Positions 1-13,496 of a DNA stretch of 64,000 bases are shown here, piece after piece. Numbering within the stretch: position 1 is the stretch's first letter; every line of letters starts with the position of its first letter. The notes beneath the pieces were generated by a model. It had not been told where the DNA came from. It saw nothing but the letters and a program-made list of their open reading frames with translations, and searched no databases. The position numbers were made by a program, and so were the translations under genes. The stretch is from the NCBI GenBank assembly GCA_023920165.1, contig CP089274.1:3534001-3598000 (forward strand), written 5' to 3'. Origin of the DNA: Curvularia clavata. Its lineage: Eukaryota.

Positions 1-1055
1 TGCTGCTCGATGGCATTCTGGCATTCCAGCTCAACCGCCGTCCCCATTTCCGAAAGAGCGATTTGGAGCAGCTTGGGCCTATTGACGAGGATGGTCTGGA
101 GGAATGGCAGCCTTGGTCCGGTTTTAATGATCCTGCATATGTAGGAAGAATGACCCCGCTGCTGTCTCTGAGCACATTCAATAATCTCATTGAGTTAGTT
201 GACATACTTGTGAGTACTGAGCAGCGATGGTCACGGCTGTTGTACCAGGAGGATTCGGTCCGACGTCTTGAAAGATGGAAATCGAGCTTACCCGCAAAAC
301 TGGGAACTTCCTTTTCTGCCAAATCTTCCTCGTTACTTGCTCCACCAGCTGCCTTACTACAAGCGACGTATCTATGTGCTTGTTTTATCTCCAACCCCTC
401 AGATTTTGGATTGCAACAGTTGCTAGATGTTCTCGAGCAGTGTCAATCTGACATTGGTATTCAAAGATTACCAATACCGACCCAAAGTCTTATATCTACC
501 ATTAGCAGACTTGCCAGTCAGCTCAATCTGCCGGATGCAACCGCCATGCGGCTACAAAGGGTGCAGACGGGCATTGTTGCAGTATGGTCTCAGCCAAATA
601 ATCAAGATGCCTCGCCGAATCCTGAGAGCGCTATCATAACGGCCAGAAATTCTTCGACAGGCATCAACTTGTCGACCCCGGAGTCACTGCAGATGGTAAC
701 TCCTGATAGCCATGCCACTGCCCACCCAGCAATCGACCCCCTCAATGACTTCTTTCCCGGGTCGTATGCGACAAATGCATCGCATCCGGCGGTGCCTAGT
801 CCATCACAAACGGACCCACGATACCCCGAACATACTAGCGATCTCGAAACCTTCTTCGATGAACTGGCGTCACTTGATAACGCAACCAGACTGGACAACC
901 AGCCTCAATTCATGCAGAACCTTGGATTCGGACCAGGAGCAAGCATGGCAGATCTATTTAGCGAATACATACCCTTGCAATCGTCTAACTTTTTGACACG
1001 CGACGAGGGAGTGCCGACAAACCTTGACCAATACACTTTTTACGATGCGAGCTGA
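1..1055 (+). CDS. C-terminal part of a fungal transcription activator, QutA/QA-1F (quinate utilization activator)-like; 5' end outside window
   Basis: Frame is open from base 3 (LLDGILAFQLNRRPHF...). Motifs EDGLEEWQPW and an acidic C-terminal DLETFFDELASLD...QPQFMQNLGF resemble QutA-type activators as I recall them. The Zn2Cys6 domain is not in the window. Confidence 0.6.
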   Translation, partial: LLDGILAFQLNRRPHFRKSDLEQLGPIDEDGLEEWQPWSGFNDPAYVGRMTPLLSLSTFNNLIELVDILVSTEQRWSRLLYQEDSVRRLERWKSSLPAKLGTSFSAKSSSLLAPPAALLQATYLCACFISNPSDFGLQQLLDVLEQCQSDIGIQRLPIPTQSLISTISRLASQLNLPDATAMRLQRVQTGIVAVWSQPNNQDASPNPESAIITARNSSTGINLSTPESLQMVTPDSHATAHPAIDPLNDFFPGSYATNASHPAVPSPSQTDPRYPEHTSDLETFFDELASLDNATRLDNQPQFMQNLGFGPGASMADLFSEYIPLQSSNFLTRDEGVPTNLDQYTFYDAS

Positions 1056-1944
1056 GTAGACGCGTATCCATCTATCCAGGTTAAAACTACATCACGCATT
1101 GACCAGGCCCTGACTCAAAACATGGCCGAGGATTTTCAGGATGACGATAAGCCACCACCATGTGGTTTGAAATCATCACAACTCCGAAGCGGATCCTGTA
1201 GTTTGCACCAGCTACCGAGATTGTAGGGCTGGTCTCGAATCCGGATGCAATGATTCGATGAGATTACTGCCCAGGCGTGATCGTCTATCACTCTTCTAGG
1301 CAGTGGGCGACACAAACTCGCGTCCTGTTTCAACAAAGAAGAAAGGGCTGCCCTTATTTGAAACCGAGCAAATCCGTCTTTTACACACACGGGAATGGCC
1401 TTTATACCCTGATTGGCGTATTCTTTCAAGAACATAAAGAGGCTCAGCTCATGCATCGGAGATCTTGTTGGTTCTCTTCTGACGTGTTCACAAAGAAAAG
1501 GAAGCAACGATGAAAAAGAGGCGTTCTATTGTCAGACGAACACCCACGCCACGTTCGAGAGTAGCGTTTCATATCTGCTCGGTACCGTGTCATCGAGCTC
1601 AGCTAGCGATGGAGAGAAGAGAAGAGCGAAGAAATCCAGGTGGGCAGCATTATCAGAACACATCTTCTCGCCAATGTGATTACAAAGATACCTGAAGGGT
1701 TGCCTTTCTTCTGATTTCGTCTTATCATGCCATAATTCAACCAAAATTCAACCTTCATTAGCAACAACTCGCGAACAGCGCAGTGATTCGTCAGGAGCAG
1801 GGCATAAGAAAAGCACAGTGTATGGTGTGTATACTTCTATTATTCTTCGACAAGACTGGGTATCATTGCGATCTAGGCCAACAAAAGTCTCCAAGTTCAT
1901 GCAACCTTCTTGTTTAATTTTACATAGTAGTAAATAGCACTCAG

Positions 1945-3006
1945 CTACACGCGAGCCATGTCATCCATGCCTCCTATCTCCTTGCTAAACTGCTCAAAAT
2001 CAACCCCTTGATCTTCGAACATTTGCTTTACTTTTTCCGCAGCCGCAGCTTGTCTCTCAGGGGTGAAGCCACCAGGCGCATTGCTCTCGTACTGGATGAG
2101 CTCGACCCATTTGAAGAACAAACTCTCTTTGCCCATGGCTGTCAGTTTGTCTTTGAAGGCTATGACTTTTTCTCTGGCTTCGGTCTCGGACCCTTCGTCA
2201 AGCTTAGAGCAATCCCAGACGGCCCACTGGCCGTTCTCACTATCAGGATCACCAACATACACAAAGACGCTCTTGCGGATTTGGTCAAGGGTAATGTCCT
2301 TGCGGTCGAGTAGCTGTGTCGCAGCCACCATACCGAAGAAGTCGAGATCAAAGTCAGCGTCCATGAGCATATAGCCTGTTTTCTCTTGTAGACGCTTCTT
2401 GTCCACTGCTGGTAGAACACGTGTCTTGAAAAAGGGGTTATCACTTCCTGCTCTTCTGCTCCCCCCCTCGCTCTCGCCCAAGAGATCCTTAGCATCCCAG
2501 CCCCTGCTAACCCGAACGTATACTTCTTGGTCTCTGAAGCCTACATTCCACCGCCAGCTAACGGGATTGCCAGGCTGCTCAATAAAGAAACTCCACGGCC
2601 ATGGCCCTACGATCCGGAAGAGAAAAAAGTCGAATAGGAACATGAGCATGCGCTTTCCGACCTTCCATAGTAATGAGCCCCATGAAGAAGAGGCCCAGTA
2701 TATTGTTGTATCATTAGGGTGTCCAAGGACGGACATGACAATTTCCCAGTAGTGGGGGCCGATTGAGTACAGACGCCATAGCAGAAGTAGCACAAAGCCG
2801 GCGTTGAGTAGGAGGGGTACGTAGAAGATACGCCGTTTGAACCACGCGGGATGGGTATCTACGTGTGTTATGTAGACGAGAGAGCGGTCGAACGTGTAGA
2901 GGAGGTTTTCGAGTTCGGGAGGTGCGGGCGTGAAGGGCGGTGGGAGGGCCTTTTTGGTAACCTTGTTGGCGGGTTTACCCGCACGCGGCTTCGCTTTCGC
3001 TGCCAT
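1945..3006 (-). CDS. Conserved-looking hypothetical membrane protein (about 353 aa, 1-2 hydrophobic segments)
   Basis: Long uninterrupted ORF from ATG 3006 (MAAKAKPRAG...). Hydrophobic stretches include FYVPLLLNAGFVLLLLW and MLMFLFDFFLF. Confidence 0.75.
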   Translation of the reverse strand: MAAKAKPRAGKPANKVTKKALPPPFTPAPPELENLLYTFDRSLVYITHVDTHPAWFKRRIFYVPLLLNAGFVLLLLWRLYSIGPHYWEIVMSVLGHPNDTTIYWASSSWGSLLWKVGKRMLMFLFDFFLFRIVGPWPWSFFIEQPGNPVSWRWNVGFRDQEVYVRVSRGWDAKDLLGESEGGSRRAGSDNPFFKTRVLPAVDKKRLQEKTGYMLMDADFDLDFFGMVAATQLLDRKDITLDQIRKSVFVYVGDPDSENGQWAVWDCSKLDEGSETEAREKVIAFKDKLTAMGKESLFFKWVELIQYESNAPGGFTPERQAAAAEKVKQMFEDQGVDFEQFSKEIGGMDDMARV

Positions 3007-4145
3007 TGCGAGTGTGCTACAAGCGGTCCAAGGACTATCTGTGCGGCACAATTGGCATTGAGGATGGCGATCGAGTGATGGTGGTTGACGAGTATGGATT
3101 TGACACGCGAAGTTCTAAGTCTCAATCGTCATTCCGATGGGTTTCACCGTGCCGAAAATCTGGGGTAGAAGAGCAACCACTTAGCCATGGCAAGGAGACG
3201 AGTGCAAAGCATAGTGTTTGGCTTGACGACTATGCCTGCTCCTGGTTGCAGACTCCGCGGCCATGGAGAGAAGAATTACTTGTTCCTTACGGCCACGCAG
3301 CACCCAGGCACCGACATACGGGGCATGCAACCAGCGTTCACATGTGCACAATGTTGCCCTATCGCGGCGAACAAGCAAAGTCGGCACTGACCAGGTGCAC
3401 GCCCGATGCAGGCGTCATTGGTCGGCAGTCTTCCGCCGTTTCCACCGATCCCATCCCATCATCCACTCGACGTCAACCAAGCGACAGAAGCAGATCCCCG
3501 GCTACGCTGAGGAGACCCGATGCCACCTCCAAGCCTTCTATAACGTCAGGAAAATGCTGTGTCATGTCGACGCGTCGCTAGGCGTCCTGCCATGAGAGCA
3601 GCGTGCTCTTGGTGTCTTGAGGCCAAGGCCAGTCGTGCCAATTCACATGATAGGAGAGCATAATGAAGGTGATATATTCATCCCAGAAAAAGCACCTTGC
3701 TCGCAGAAACGGCCTCGGGGACATTGAGCCTTAGCTTTGGATCGACGTGTCTATCTATGTCTGCACACCACGGGTGCGGAAAGCATTTACCATCGAGCAC
3801 CCAATGCCTCTCAGGCTTTGTGCTGAGCTACCACGGCTAAAATTGGGCTAATGATGGGCCCGCATATAGATGCATGGAACTACTCTCCCCCTCTCATTCA
3901 AACTCATTACAGAGTCGTTGATGTTGTATATGCCGGTCATGCATTTTGCTTATGTAGGACCATCGGCCCCCTTGGTCTAAGCATGCCAAATATGACCTGA
4001 GCCGCGGACACACGGGTGATTATCTTGAACCTGATATACGCCATCTTGCCCGATTCCCTTGCTGGGAGAGAGAGCTGCGTTGGCTTTTCCTTGACCTATA
4101 CAGCCAGCACTCCTCTCTGACGAACGATCAAACCAACAGTGAAGC

Positions 4146-6557
4146 ATGTCTTCACAACAAGGAACACAAGGCCCTCCGGTATGTGTTGATTAGTAAGAAC
4201 ATCTGAAGTGTAACTAACATCAAACAGCCAGGAGTATCAAGCCAAAAAGGCCCCCCATATGCCCCTGTCGACGCCGGATTGGGTGGATCACCTAGCATTC
4301 TGCCTGATGTACCCGCCGCAGCCACATTCCTCTTCTTTTACCTAGTATTCGGTGTTATTCACATCAGAATCTTCAAAGGCAACAAACACAGAGGCCATAA
4401 GTTTGTTTTTAATGGCGCAATCTTGGGTATGTAAGCATCATCAGTTCATCACAACATAACAGCTAACGTGCTATAGGTCTCTGCAAAATTCGAATCATTA
4501 CCATGATTCTGCGCATCGCATGGGCAAACTACCCCAGGGACGTCGGACTCGCCATCGCTGCAAACATCTTTACTTATGCTGGCACCATCATTCTGTATAT
4601 GGTCAACTGGTTCTTCGCTCAACGTATTCTTCGCGCCCAGCACCCAAGCGTTGGATGGTCAACACACTACCGCATTTTCCATCGAGGCGGACTCTTCTTT
4701 CTAATCGTCACCCTACTTGGTCTCATCATAAGTCAGATTTGGAAGTTCTTCACTCTCGACCAAGTGAAGCTTGATGCTTTCCGTAGTCTGTTCCTTATCG
4801 CCCAGACATATGCCACAGCATTCTGTTTCGCACCTGCTATTCTAGTATGTCTTTCACTTCTCATTCCTCGTTCTGAGGTTGAAAAGTTCGGTGCTGGCCG
4901 ACTTCGGAACAACATCACGATTCTTTTGATCTCAGTATGCGTTCTGTCTGTCGGACAAGTGTTTCGTTGCGTTTTGGCTTGGATTCCACCAACCCTAATG
5001 GTTGACGTTCAACGCGGACAGGTCCAACTGCCTTGGTACCTATCTAAGGCAAGTTTTTACTGCTTCAACTTTGTTACTGAAATTTTTGTTGTCGTGTTGT
5101 TCGCCGCTGTTCGCGTCGACCTACGCTTCTACATACCAAACGGTGCAAACAAGACCGGCGATTACTCCAGAAGTCGCGTTGATCTCCACAACGAAGACGA
5201 GAAGAACCCCACTATCATTAACAGCACTCGGAACTCTATGGCCAATCCGAACGACTCCAATGAGACTCTGCATCAATACCCAGCTTCAGTATTCGAGGAC
5301 ACCCAGACACTAGCAGATTCGCTACGATACCCTCACTCGACTCTTGAGGTTGACGAGAAGACTGGTAATTGGAAGGTGAAACGTCTTTCACAAGATTCGA
5401 CGAAGAGTCGACACAGCATAAAGGCCATGTCAAAATCGTCTCAGTCAACCCTTCATGGAGGCTCCTCTACACCAGCTACTCACGCTAGCTCGTCCAGGGC
5501 TAGCTCATCGAAGGGCGTGAACGTATCTGGGGCCCCAATAAGACACAGAAACTCCCGAGAAGCCAATGCTACACCTCCAGTTCCAGAGCTTCCGGCTGAT
5601 TGGCCACTCCCTGGTGCCATGCCGCCGAAGGGTGCAAGCCCTGTCCTAGAGCATACGAATGGCTCGTCGTCCAAGGCTATGAAACGAAAGAAGACGTTCG
5701 AGCTGGAGAACCACGAGTTGAATAATGTCGACGTAGGGGATGCGGTGACAAATGCGTTAGCCAGACTAGAGATGAACAGCGGAAGAAGCATGTCCAAATT
5801 GCCTATGAGACCACCGCCGCCAGTCTACTACCAGAACAACATGCCCCTTCCCGAATACAACGCCATGGCAGCGATGTATACCACAAACGGCCGTGTATCT
5901 CCCAAGAGAGCCGCCAAGTATACAGTATATCCGCCCCCTCAGCAAGCTCTTCACCATCGCTGCAACAGCACCCCCATGGCAACCCCCAGACCGTCTTTCA
6001 GCCACGAAGCACCCGAGCCCCGGAGAGCCCATCGATCCTCGCACTCAGTATCTGCTCCGAACCGTCAAACGGGATTGTCCTCCAGCCCCAGTCTAGAAAT
6101 CATATCTCTGCTCAACCATATGAGTGGCGACCAAAGCCGCATCATTGACGCCTCGCTCCTCCGCGAACCAGGTGAAACTCCGACAAACCCCAATCACACA
6201 TTCGAACGCAGCCCCATGATAGCCCACCAGCGAAGCCAATACAACAAGATGAATAATGGTAACCCTAATCTAATGACACCAAGACCAACAATCTACCACC
6301 CCCCAAGAAACGAACAATACGACGTCATCAAAAGCAACCACCTGCCTCCTCCGCCTTCCTCCTCTTCTTCTGCTGATTCGTCAGACTCTTCGTCGACCCC
6401 AGATCACAGGCACAAGGCGCACGTGGGCTGGGACTACGTTAACGAGTACAGTCCGTCGAGCGTAGATACGGAGGAGAAGGCGTGGGCGCAAGAAGAATTT
6501 CGCAAGTTTAGTGCTTCGCCGCAGCCTGCTTCGCTGATGAGGCATCATCGTTCCTAG
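4146..6557 (+). CDS. DUF3112-type multi-pass membrane protein with long Ser/Pro-rich tail
   Basis: ATG 4146; introns 4179-4227 and about 4427-4477 (GTATGT...CTAAC...AG) join in frame to the 4503-6557 ORF. N-terminal GPPYAP..GGSP..PDVP, HKFVFNG, RIAWA and EKFGAG..R motifs with several TM helices. Confidence 0.8.
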
Positions 6558-7191
6558 ATTCTTTTATTTTCTGCTTGTAGCTTGAGACATAGCTTATTTC
6601 TTTTCGTTTCCTCTCGCTCTCTTCATCTTTCCTTCTGGGTGGGTTTCTTCTTCTCTTTACTCAATGCTTCCAATCAGTGAGGCGCATTTCCTCTTGTCAT
6701 CATTTCGTATTTTTCCGAGTCTGGGGCAAAAGCGGAGGACAGGCACAAGAGTTCATCAACTCTTTCTCTTTTTATTTTCTTTGTCCATATGAGGATCTTT
6801 AGGGGACATGCGATATGGCATACATGACCTAATCTCGAGCAGATGGGTATATGAAACGATGTTAAGGATAAGAGATTTCCTGGACAGTTTCTTACTAATG
6901 TCTTTTTTTCTCCTTTGTGTGATTACGTACATACCCCCGAATTTGAATATCATGGTCACTTTTCTTTTTTTACTTGTCATAAGTCTCCAAGTTGTAATGA
7001 ATGTGTCTTCTTAGTCACAAACTTGTAGAAATCACCAATTTTACATATATCACTACATTCGGACGTTTTCAACATTGATATTTTAGTATCACATCTGATG
7101 TACACCACATGCACCCCTTTCCATGATCTTACTCACACGACACTAGCTACCACGACTGTTCTCCACTTTGCATGCGAATTACCTATTACAG

Positions 7192-10175
7192 CTACTTTGG
7201 TGTCGTTACTACGCCTTCATACTCACGACTTGCTATGTAATCCAAGGTACGCTGGAAGTGTTTACGCGGGTTCTCAAGAGAAGAGGCGTTTTCGTTGGAT
7301 TGAAGATTTGAGTGGATGAGCTCAATGAGTCCGTTGAGGTATTTGGTCGTGACCTGTGAAGCCTGTTGTTAGTAAGAAGCTTCGATCCAAGAATGTGTCA
7401 AACTTACGGCCTCGTTTTCTTGATCAAAGTAGTAAACATATCTGTTCAGTATCTCGACGAATAGTTCAACGGACACGGCAGCATCCATGCATGCGTCGGC
7501 AACACGGAGTGCTCGTTGCAAGCATTCGAGCACGCGCTTGCCATCACGGTAGAGCTGGGTTTATTAGTAATAGTGCCATGCATTGAATGACTGCAGAATA
7601 CTCACATCCTTCGGGTCCTCTTCCCCTAGCGCACGAATCTCAGTCGCCCACCACAGATGACTAGCAAGGTACACTGCGCGGCACTGGTCTGGCTTCTTCA
7701 GCAACTTGCTGCCATGCAGCGCGCACTTTGTGATTAGTGTATCGTAGTTTTCCTTTCCGAAATTCCTTGTGGTGTGCAGACCACTTGCAATGACGCAAAC
7801 GGCTTGGAACTGTGCTCTTGAATCGCTAATTGCCTCCTCGTAGATTGTGAACGCTTGCGCAAAAAATTCATATGCAACCTCTTCGAAACCGCTCTGGTCT
7901 GCGACCTGGCCACAAGCAACAAACAGGCGAAGGGAGAGGTCTGCCGAACCTGTGACCCGAGTGTACAGTGTCGATAGGGTGTTGTGCATAAACTTGTAAA
8001 GAGCCGAAGATTGTGATTGCCAGTTGTCTTCAAAGTGTTCGCGCTTCTTGTACTGCCGTGCAAGCTTGAGCGATGCTGTAATGATTGCAGGGGAGGTGTA
8101 TTTGACGCGCTCGTTGCCTTCGGCAAAGGCTTTTCTCGCGGTTTGCAGGAGCTGCAAATGGTGTCAGTTGCTGAGATAGAGAAAAAGCTGGCTGGTAGTA
8201 CTAACCTTGAATTGGGTGTCGTTGTCTTTGCCATGGATGAGATGCACTATCCGCGCGAGCCAGCCCTGCTCCTCTATCGTCTCCTCTGTCTCCTGTGCTC
8301 TTCTTTGGATCGGTCCACCTGGGTATCCTTGTGCCTGCTGTATGCCTTCTCTTATCAGAACTTTCAAGATCTCCAACACACTTTCAAGGTTCTCCACTGT
8401 TGCGATAGAGGTTTGGTTCCGCATCAGACTCCTTGCTACCTCACCTGCTACAGCTCTTCGGGTCGGGTACGGCTGTGAATGTAGAAGAGGGATGAAGTTG
8501 GGTAAAGCCAGGGCGGTGAAGAGCGAGATGTATGTCTTGATAGGCGAAAGAAGGAGACTGAGAATCTGACTCTGGGTAGCCTGGGAATGTAGGTCTGCGC
8601 TATTTTGGTATTCGGCAACCTTTTGGTTTGCGAAGGTTAGGACCTGGTCGATGTAATCGAGCCGCTCGGGGTAAATGTTCCTGTGGTAGTCAGCAGGTGT
8701 CGCGCAATAGGAGCTACTAAGACTTACAACGCAAGATTTGCCAACGATACTAGTAGTCCAATGGTGTCTTGTATTGGCAATCGCTGCATCTTGACTAATG
8801 TCTGAACCTGCTCGTTGAATATTTCAAAGAGTTTGACGTTGTTCGGTATACCCCGTTTCTTCTCAATCTCGCCATCTGCCTCCGTAGCTGGAGTCTCCTC
8901 AGTTGGAGCCTCTGCGGGAGCAGGTGACTCTTCTGTTGCCTCTTCTGCAGGCGGCTGCGCTTCTGAAGTTTCTGGGGAACCACCATTTTGCTGAGCCGGC
9001 GCAGGTTCTGGTTCGGCAGCCTTTTTCTCCTTTGCTATGCGCATCTGCTCCAAGAGTTGTGCGATCGATTCCTCTTCTGTCTTCTTGCGTTGTTCTGGGC
9101 TTTCTGATTCCGCTTCTCTCTGTGCATACGACGATAACCGGTCCATGAGACCGACAACTATGGCTTTAACGTTGACATGCGGATTTAAACGTGCGACGGC
9201 GGAGAGGAACTGATCGAGAGTGTGGAGGTGGAACTCGTCCGGGAAGACCTGGGTAACGACTGGGGTGTATTAGTCAAATCCTCACACTCAGATACCTGGA
9301 GCTCGAAAACATACCCTCTAGAAGATACTCCTGCGCAAGGACATCTCGGCACTGTACAATCTGCTCAAGGAGCGGATTCAAGATCTTCTTGTAATTATCC
9401 AAATCTACCAACTGGCTCAGGCGGACCAAGTTGCTTCCAACCAAAAGTTGCAATTCTTGTCGCTCCTTGGTACGCTGCTCGCGCTCTCTTGAGTGGCCCT
9501 GGTGCTGCAAGCGCACCCACAGCTTGTTCATCTCGACGAAGTTGGTGAGAATGAAGCTGATGGAGTCCTGCAGGTTGCCCTCAGGCCCGTCGCTGTCGCC
9601 TGAGGGAAGGTGATCGCGGGCCTGGCCGGCCAGGTAGTAACGGAGGAACAGGCCGCGGACAGGGTGCTGGACTCCGCGACTCATCTCCATCATGTCCTTC
9701 ATGATCTCCTTAACTGGCGCATCCTCAATGGCCATGTAGACGGTGCCGACAGTGACCATGAGGTAGAGGCGGGGAATGATGTTTCCGGCATACTGGACCA
9801 GCTCATAGAGGTCTGCCAGGTGGTTCACAGGATGGTTTTCGCGCAGGTATACAGCAAGGTGGCGGAGGGCATCGAAGACGGCCATGTAGAGCTCATAGTA
9901 CTGCTTTGGGCCGAGGCTGCTAGTGCGAAGCTCCGAAACGAGTGTCGAGCTGGACAAGGAGACGTCAGTATTAATTTGGTAAATTCAGTTGCGCCGAAGG
10001 CATGCCAGCCTTCGTTCCTCGCTCATGGGTTATGCGCGTACCTGCACTTGAGCGCATCCATCAACTTGCCCGGCGTCTCGAGACACCGCCGCATGAGCAT
10101 TGTCTGCTGGCGCACCACGGCCAGGGCATCTTCAAGCAGACGAGCTTGGTCTTCTACGGGGGGCGGCGACGCCAT
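7192..10175 (-). CDS. VPS35: Retromer cargo-recognition subunit Vps35
   Basis: Multi-exon. [18 protein letters not shown]..., [54 protein letters not shown]; last exon ends ...YEGVVTTPK* at 7192. Confidence 0.96.
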
Positions 10176-10633
10176 TGTGTATGTCGAGGGAGAGCCGGTC
10201 GTCCGGGGTTATGGAGAGCTGGTCGTGGTGGATACAGGCACCGCCGCCTTGAGCGTAACCGTTCGCCAAGCTCCACAGGCAGGGATGTCACCTTCTCCTT
10301 GGGGCTGCGTCATCATCGCTGGCTCGGCCACTGCTCTCCCGTTACACGGCCATCCACCCAGACATCACTGCTCAGCAATTGTAAACATTGCAAATTTCTT
10401 TTTCATCTATAATATCCAGCCTACTACATGTACATGCGGGTCCGAAGACGCGTCCATTGCTCCCTCATGGCAAAGCGCCAACCCAATGCGTACTCGTTCG
10501 CCCGTCTAGTGCGTCGCCATGCAACCAACCATTACTCATTCGTCGTTATAACACAGTCAAAGAATAGAAACAGACAGTGGAACCGGTCGACCGCCTCGCT
10601 AAAAATAATAGAAGAAATCAGTCGACATGGCGC

Positions 10634-11221
10634 TTAAACCGCAGGCAACGGTGTGGCAGCAGCTGCTGCATCGAATGTCTTTACTTTGTAGCTCGTATGC
10701 CATTGGCCATTATCGTAGTACTCAGTGGGGCCGTCGTCCCCTGGGACGGTGACGGTAATGAAGATTGGCTTTGGTGTCTGGATTGGTGTTGACGTGCTGT
10801 TTGATGACGCACTCATGGACGGGGTTGGTGTAGCAGCTGGCGGTGCCGAAGGTCTGGGAGTTGATGACGCGGAGATTGATGTCGAAGAAACCGATGGAGA
10901 ACTTGACGACGGCTTCGCTACGCTGCTCGAGCTCGAGCAAGAGGTGGTAGGTGCTGGAGGTGGTGGTGCTGGGGCGACTGTGGCAGTCACCTCTCTGGTG
11001 ATAGTCTTTCCTGGAAGAGCAACCTCAACAGTAGTCGTCGTCTTGACTACTGAGGTCGCCCTTGGTGGAGTCTCGGTCGTGGAGTCTCCCCCAACATTGA
11101 CTACGGAGTAACTCTTACCCCTGGCGACGATATTGTGCGATCCCGCCGAATCAAGGGGTCTTCCAGCGACCAACGTTGAGAAAAGAGCGGCCAGTGCAAG
11201 CGTCTGAGTGTGGAAAAGCAT
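10634..11221 (-). CDS. Small secreted Ser/Thr/Pro-rich protein (about 195 aa)
   Basis: ATG 11221 gives signal peptide MLFHTQTLALAALFSTLVAG, then a low-complexity S/T/P core and a C-terminal YYDNGQWHTSY motif. Confidence 0.8.
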   Translation of the reverse strand: MLFHTQTLALAALFSTLVAGRPLDSAGSHNIVARGKSYSVVNVGGDSTTETPPRATSVVKTTTTVEVALPGKTITREVTATVAPAPPPPAPTTSCSSSSSVAKPSSSSPSVSSTSISASSTPRPSAPPAATPTPSMSASSNSTSTPIQTPKPIFITVTVPGDDGPTEYYDNGQWHTSYKVKTFDAAAAATPLPAV

Positions 11222-13496
11222 CGTGTCGGTAGACGGAAGATGGTATGTTAACACGCCCGAAACCTCTGCTAATTGTCGTAAAAACCTGCCGATCAAGGGT
11301 TCAATATTGCCTGGTGCTGAAAAAAGATCGTTGTGGAAACGACCCAGGTCGGTATTCGTATTTGAGATCCATCACTGCCAACCGTTGCGTTGCGTAATTT
11401 CTTGTGATTTGAAAATGTGGTGGTTGGTGAAGGCTGGGGTGGCCCGTGCACCATGTAAGAGGACATGCCTAGAACACCACCACCCAGATTTGCAACATCG
11501 CAAGCCCGTCTTATCCGAGATTAATGCTCCCCTCAGTCGTCATCACGCGTGGGTTGGCGTGCAAAAGGAATCAAATTGTGTTATACACAGTTTAGCACTT
11601 CATAGCGACCCTGTATTCTGGGTTCCTGTTGACACCTCTCCAGGTTGATGCCTGCAGCCCAGCGGCAGGTCCTGCGAATCAGATTTCGCTCACGCTCCCA
11701 CTGCGTACCTGTCCGCCTTGGTACCGTGTAGCTGATGCCTGCCCGTCTGTTCATTAGTAGACGGTGGGCCTTTTTTGCGCCCTCCGATACACCAGCCCAT
11801 CAGCCTCCTCCTTTCTGTGATTGCTATCTGTTCTTTTATACGTCGAGTGTCATACACAACCTGTATTGTTGATATTTGCTTTTTAACCAGGTCACCTATA
11901 GAGCTCCTTGGTGATTTTGGGAGAAGAACGAATAGAATAACTTCCACTCCTTTGCCTATGGTAACATATTATCGTTCAGACTAGTTAGACTGGCTCTAGT
12001 GAAGGAGCGGGATCTGCTATCTAAACAAGCCGAACCATATTAGGCGACTATCGTGGTACTTGATTTGCATCCAGCGCTTGTCGTAGCAGTGGCTGGTTCA
12101 GATCCGATGGTTGTTGCTCCGGATACACGCCCGGTAGGTAGTTGATTTAGGTCCGACTAGGATCGGACTTGAGTCCGCATCACGTGTACTAGGGCCTGAA
12201 CTGCGTAAGACAGCTGCTAGAAGTTGTCGATTACAGTCATTTTGCCTTAGGTTCTATAGTGCAAAGGATTCGACCTACAGAACTGAGATGCAAGAAAAGA
12301 TCGGTTACATGGCTGTGCGGAGAGCATACGATGCTCTATCAGCGCGCACAAGTAGAAACGCAATATAGCAGAACATGAATACTGTTATTTCTCTAATACA
12401 GGTAGTCGCCACATGCGCTCTCTTCGTCACCGATCCATCAGCCACCCTCGGCTTCAAATCACTTTCCTATTCCTTACAGTAAACACATGCTAGAGATATT
12501 CACAAAGGCTACTAGTGCTCGGTAAAATCCAGTTCTCGCTTTAGCAGGCGCTCCAGCACCCGACGGAGTATCCCGACTCGTTGCAGCAGTAGTCTTGCCA
12601 GGCAACCCCCTGGAATTTAGCATCAACCTTTTTGTATGGCCTTTTGCGTTCTGGGCCAGCAGGAACGACAGATCTTCCACCATGATACAAGTTAATATTG
12701 ATTGCGAGTGCCGGGAGGTAGGATGTTTGGAGAGAATATGGTTTTGCATACTGGACAAAGGACAGTTTTGATAACCTGTTGCGGCAAGAGATGCGCATAG
12801 AATGAGAGAAAAAAGACGAGGGAAGATGCATTGTTGGAGTAGTGTGTCAGTGCACAGTGTGGTCGCCTCGAGGAACTATCACCAATGGTACAACGGGCTT
12901 ATCCTAGGGCTTTCCTAGCTAGTCATTTCTCTACTTGTTCCTTTGGTGGTATTACCATGGTCTGATTTGGAACTTGAACGCATAGTTCTCATCTAACGTG
13001 CTTATCCCTTGTACTGCTAGTATGTACTCTCATTTAACAAGTAGTAGTCTCCGTAACATCGAAACTCTCTAAGGGCCTTCCCTGAGCCAAGCACACATTA
13101 GTTTTTAACATAAATGGGCCACCTTTTGTGCTTCCTTTAATCTATGCACTGGTGGTGTTTTAGGAAAAACCTTGAGTTCGCTATTCTAGGAAGTAGAGCA
13201 GATGGGGTCCAGCTCCGTTGCGTCGACGGCGCACGATAAAAAAATCCTGTCTTAGCGGAGATTCTTACGATTAAAAAGAGCATAGGAAGCTATTGTGGTA
13301 ATCCGTGTTCTTTTTCAATCGTCATGAACTTCTAGCAAAGTTTTTCAATGTTTTGGTGTATGCTTTGTGTGTTGATTCTCTCCATGAATATTGATTACCA
13401 AAGTGTCCAAATAATGCCCAGATACGAGCCGAGATTTAATGACAGGGAATCTCTATCAAGTAATCATTGATGGCAGCTACCCCAATCGAGCGAGGT

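Noticed and set aside
12240..12353. Two imperfect hairpins with ANANNA and ACA, H/ACA snoRNA-like
   Set aside because: Pockets are small or self-paired, box spacing is shorter than the usual 14-15 nt, and the ACA is sequestered in a stem.
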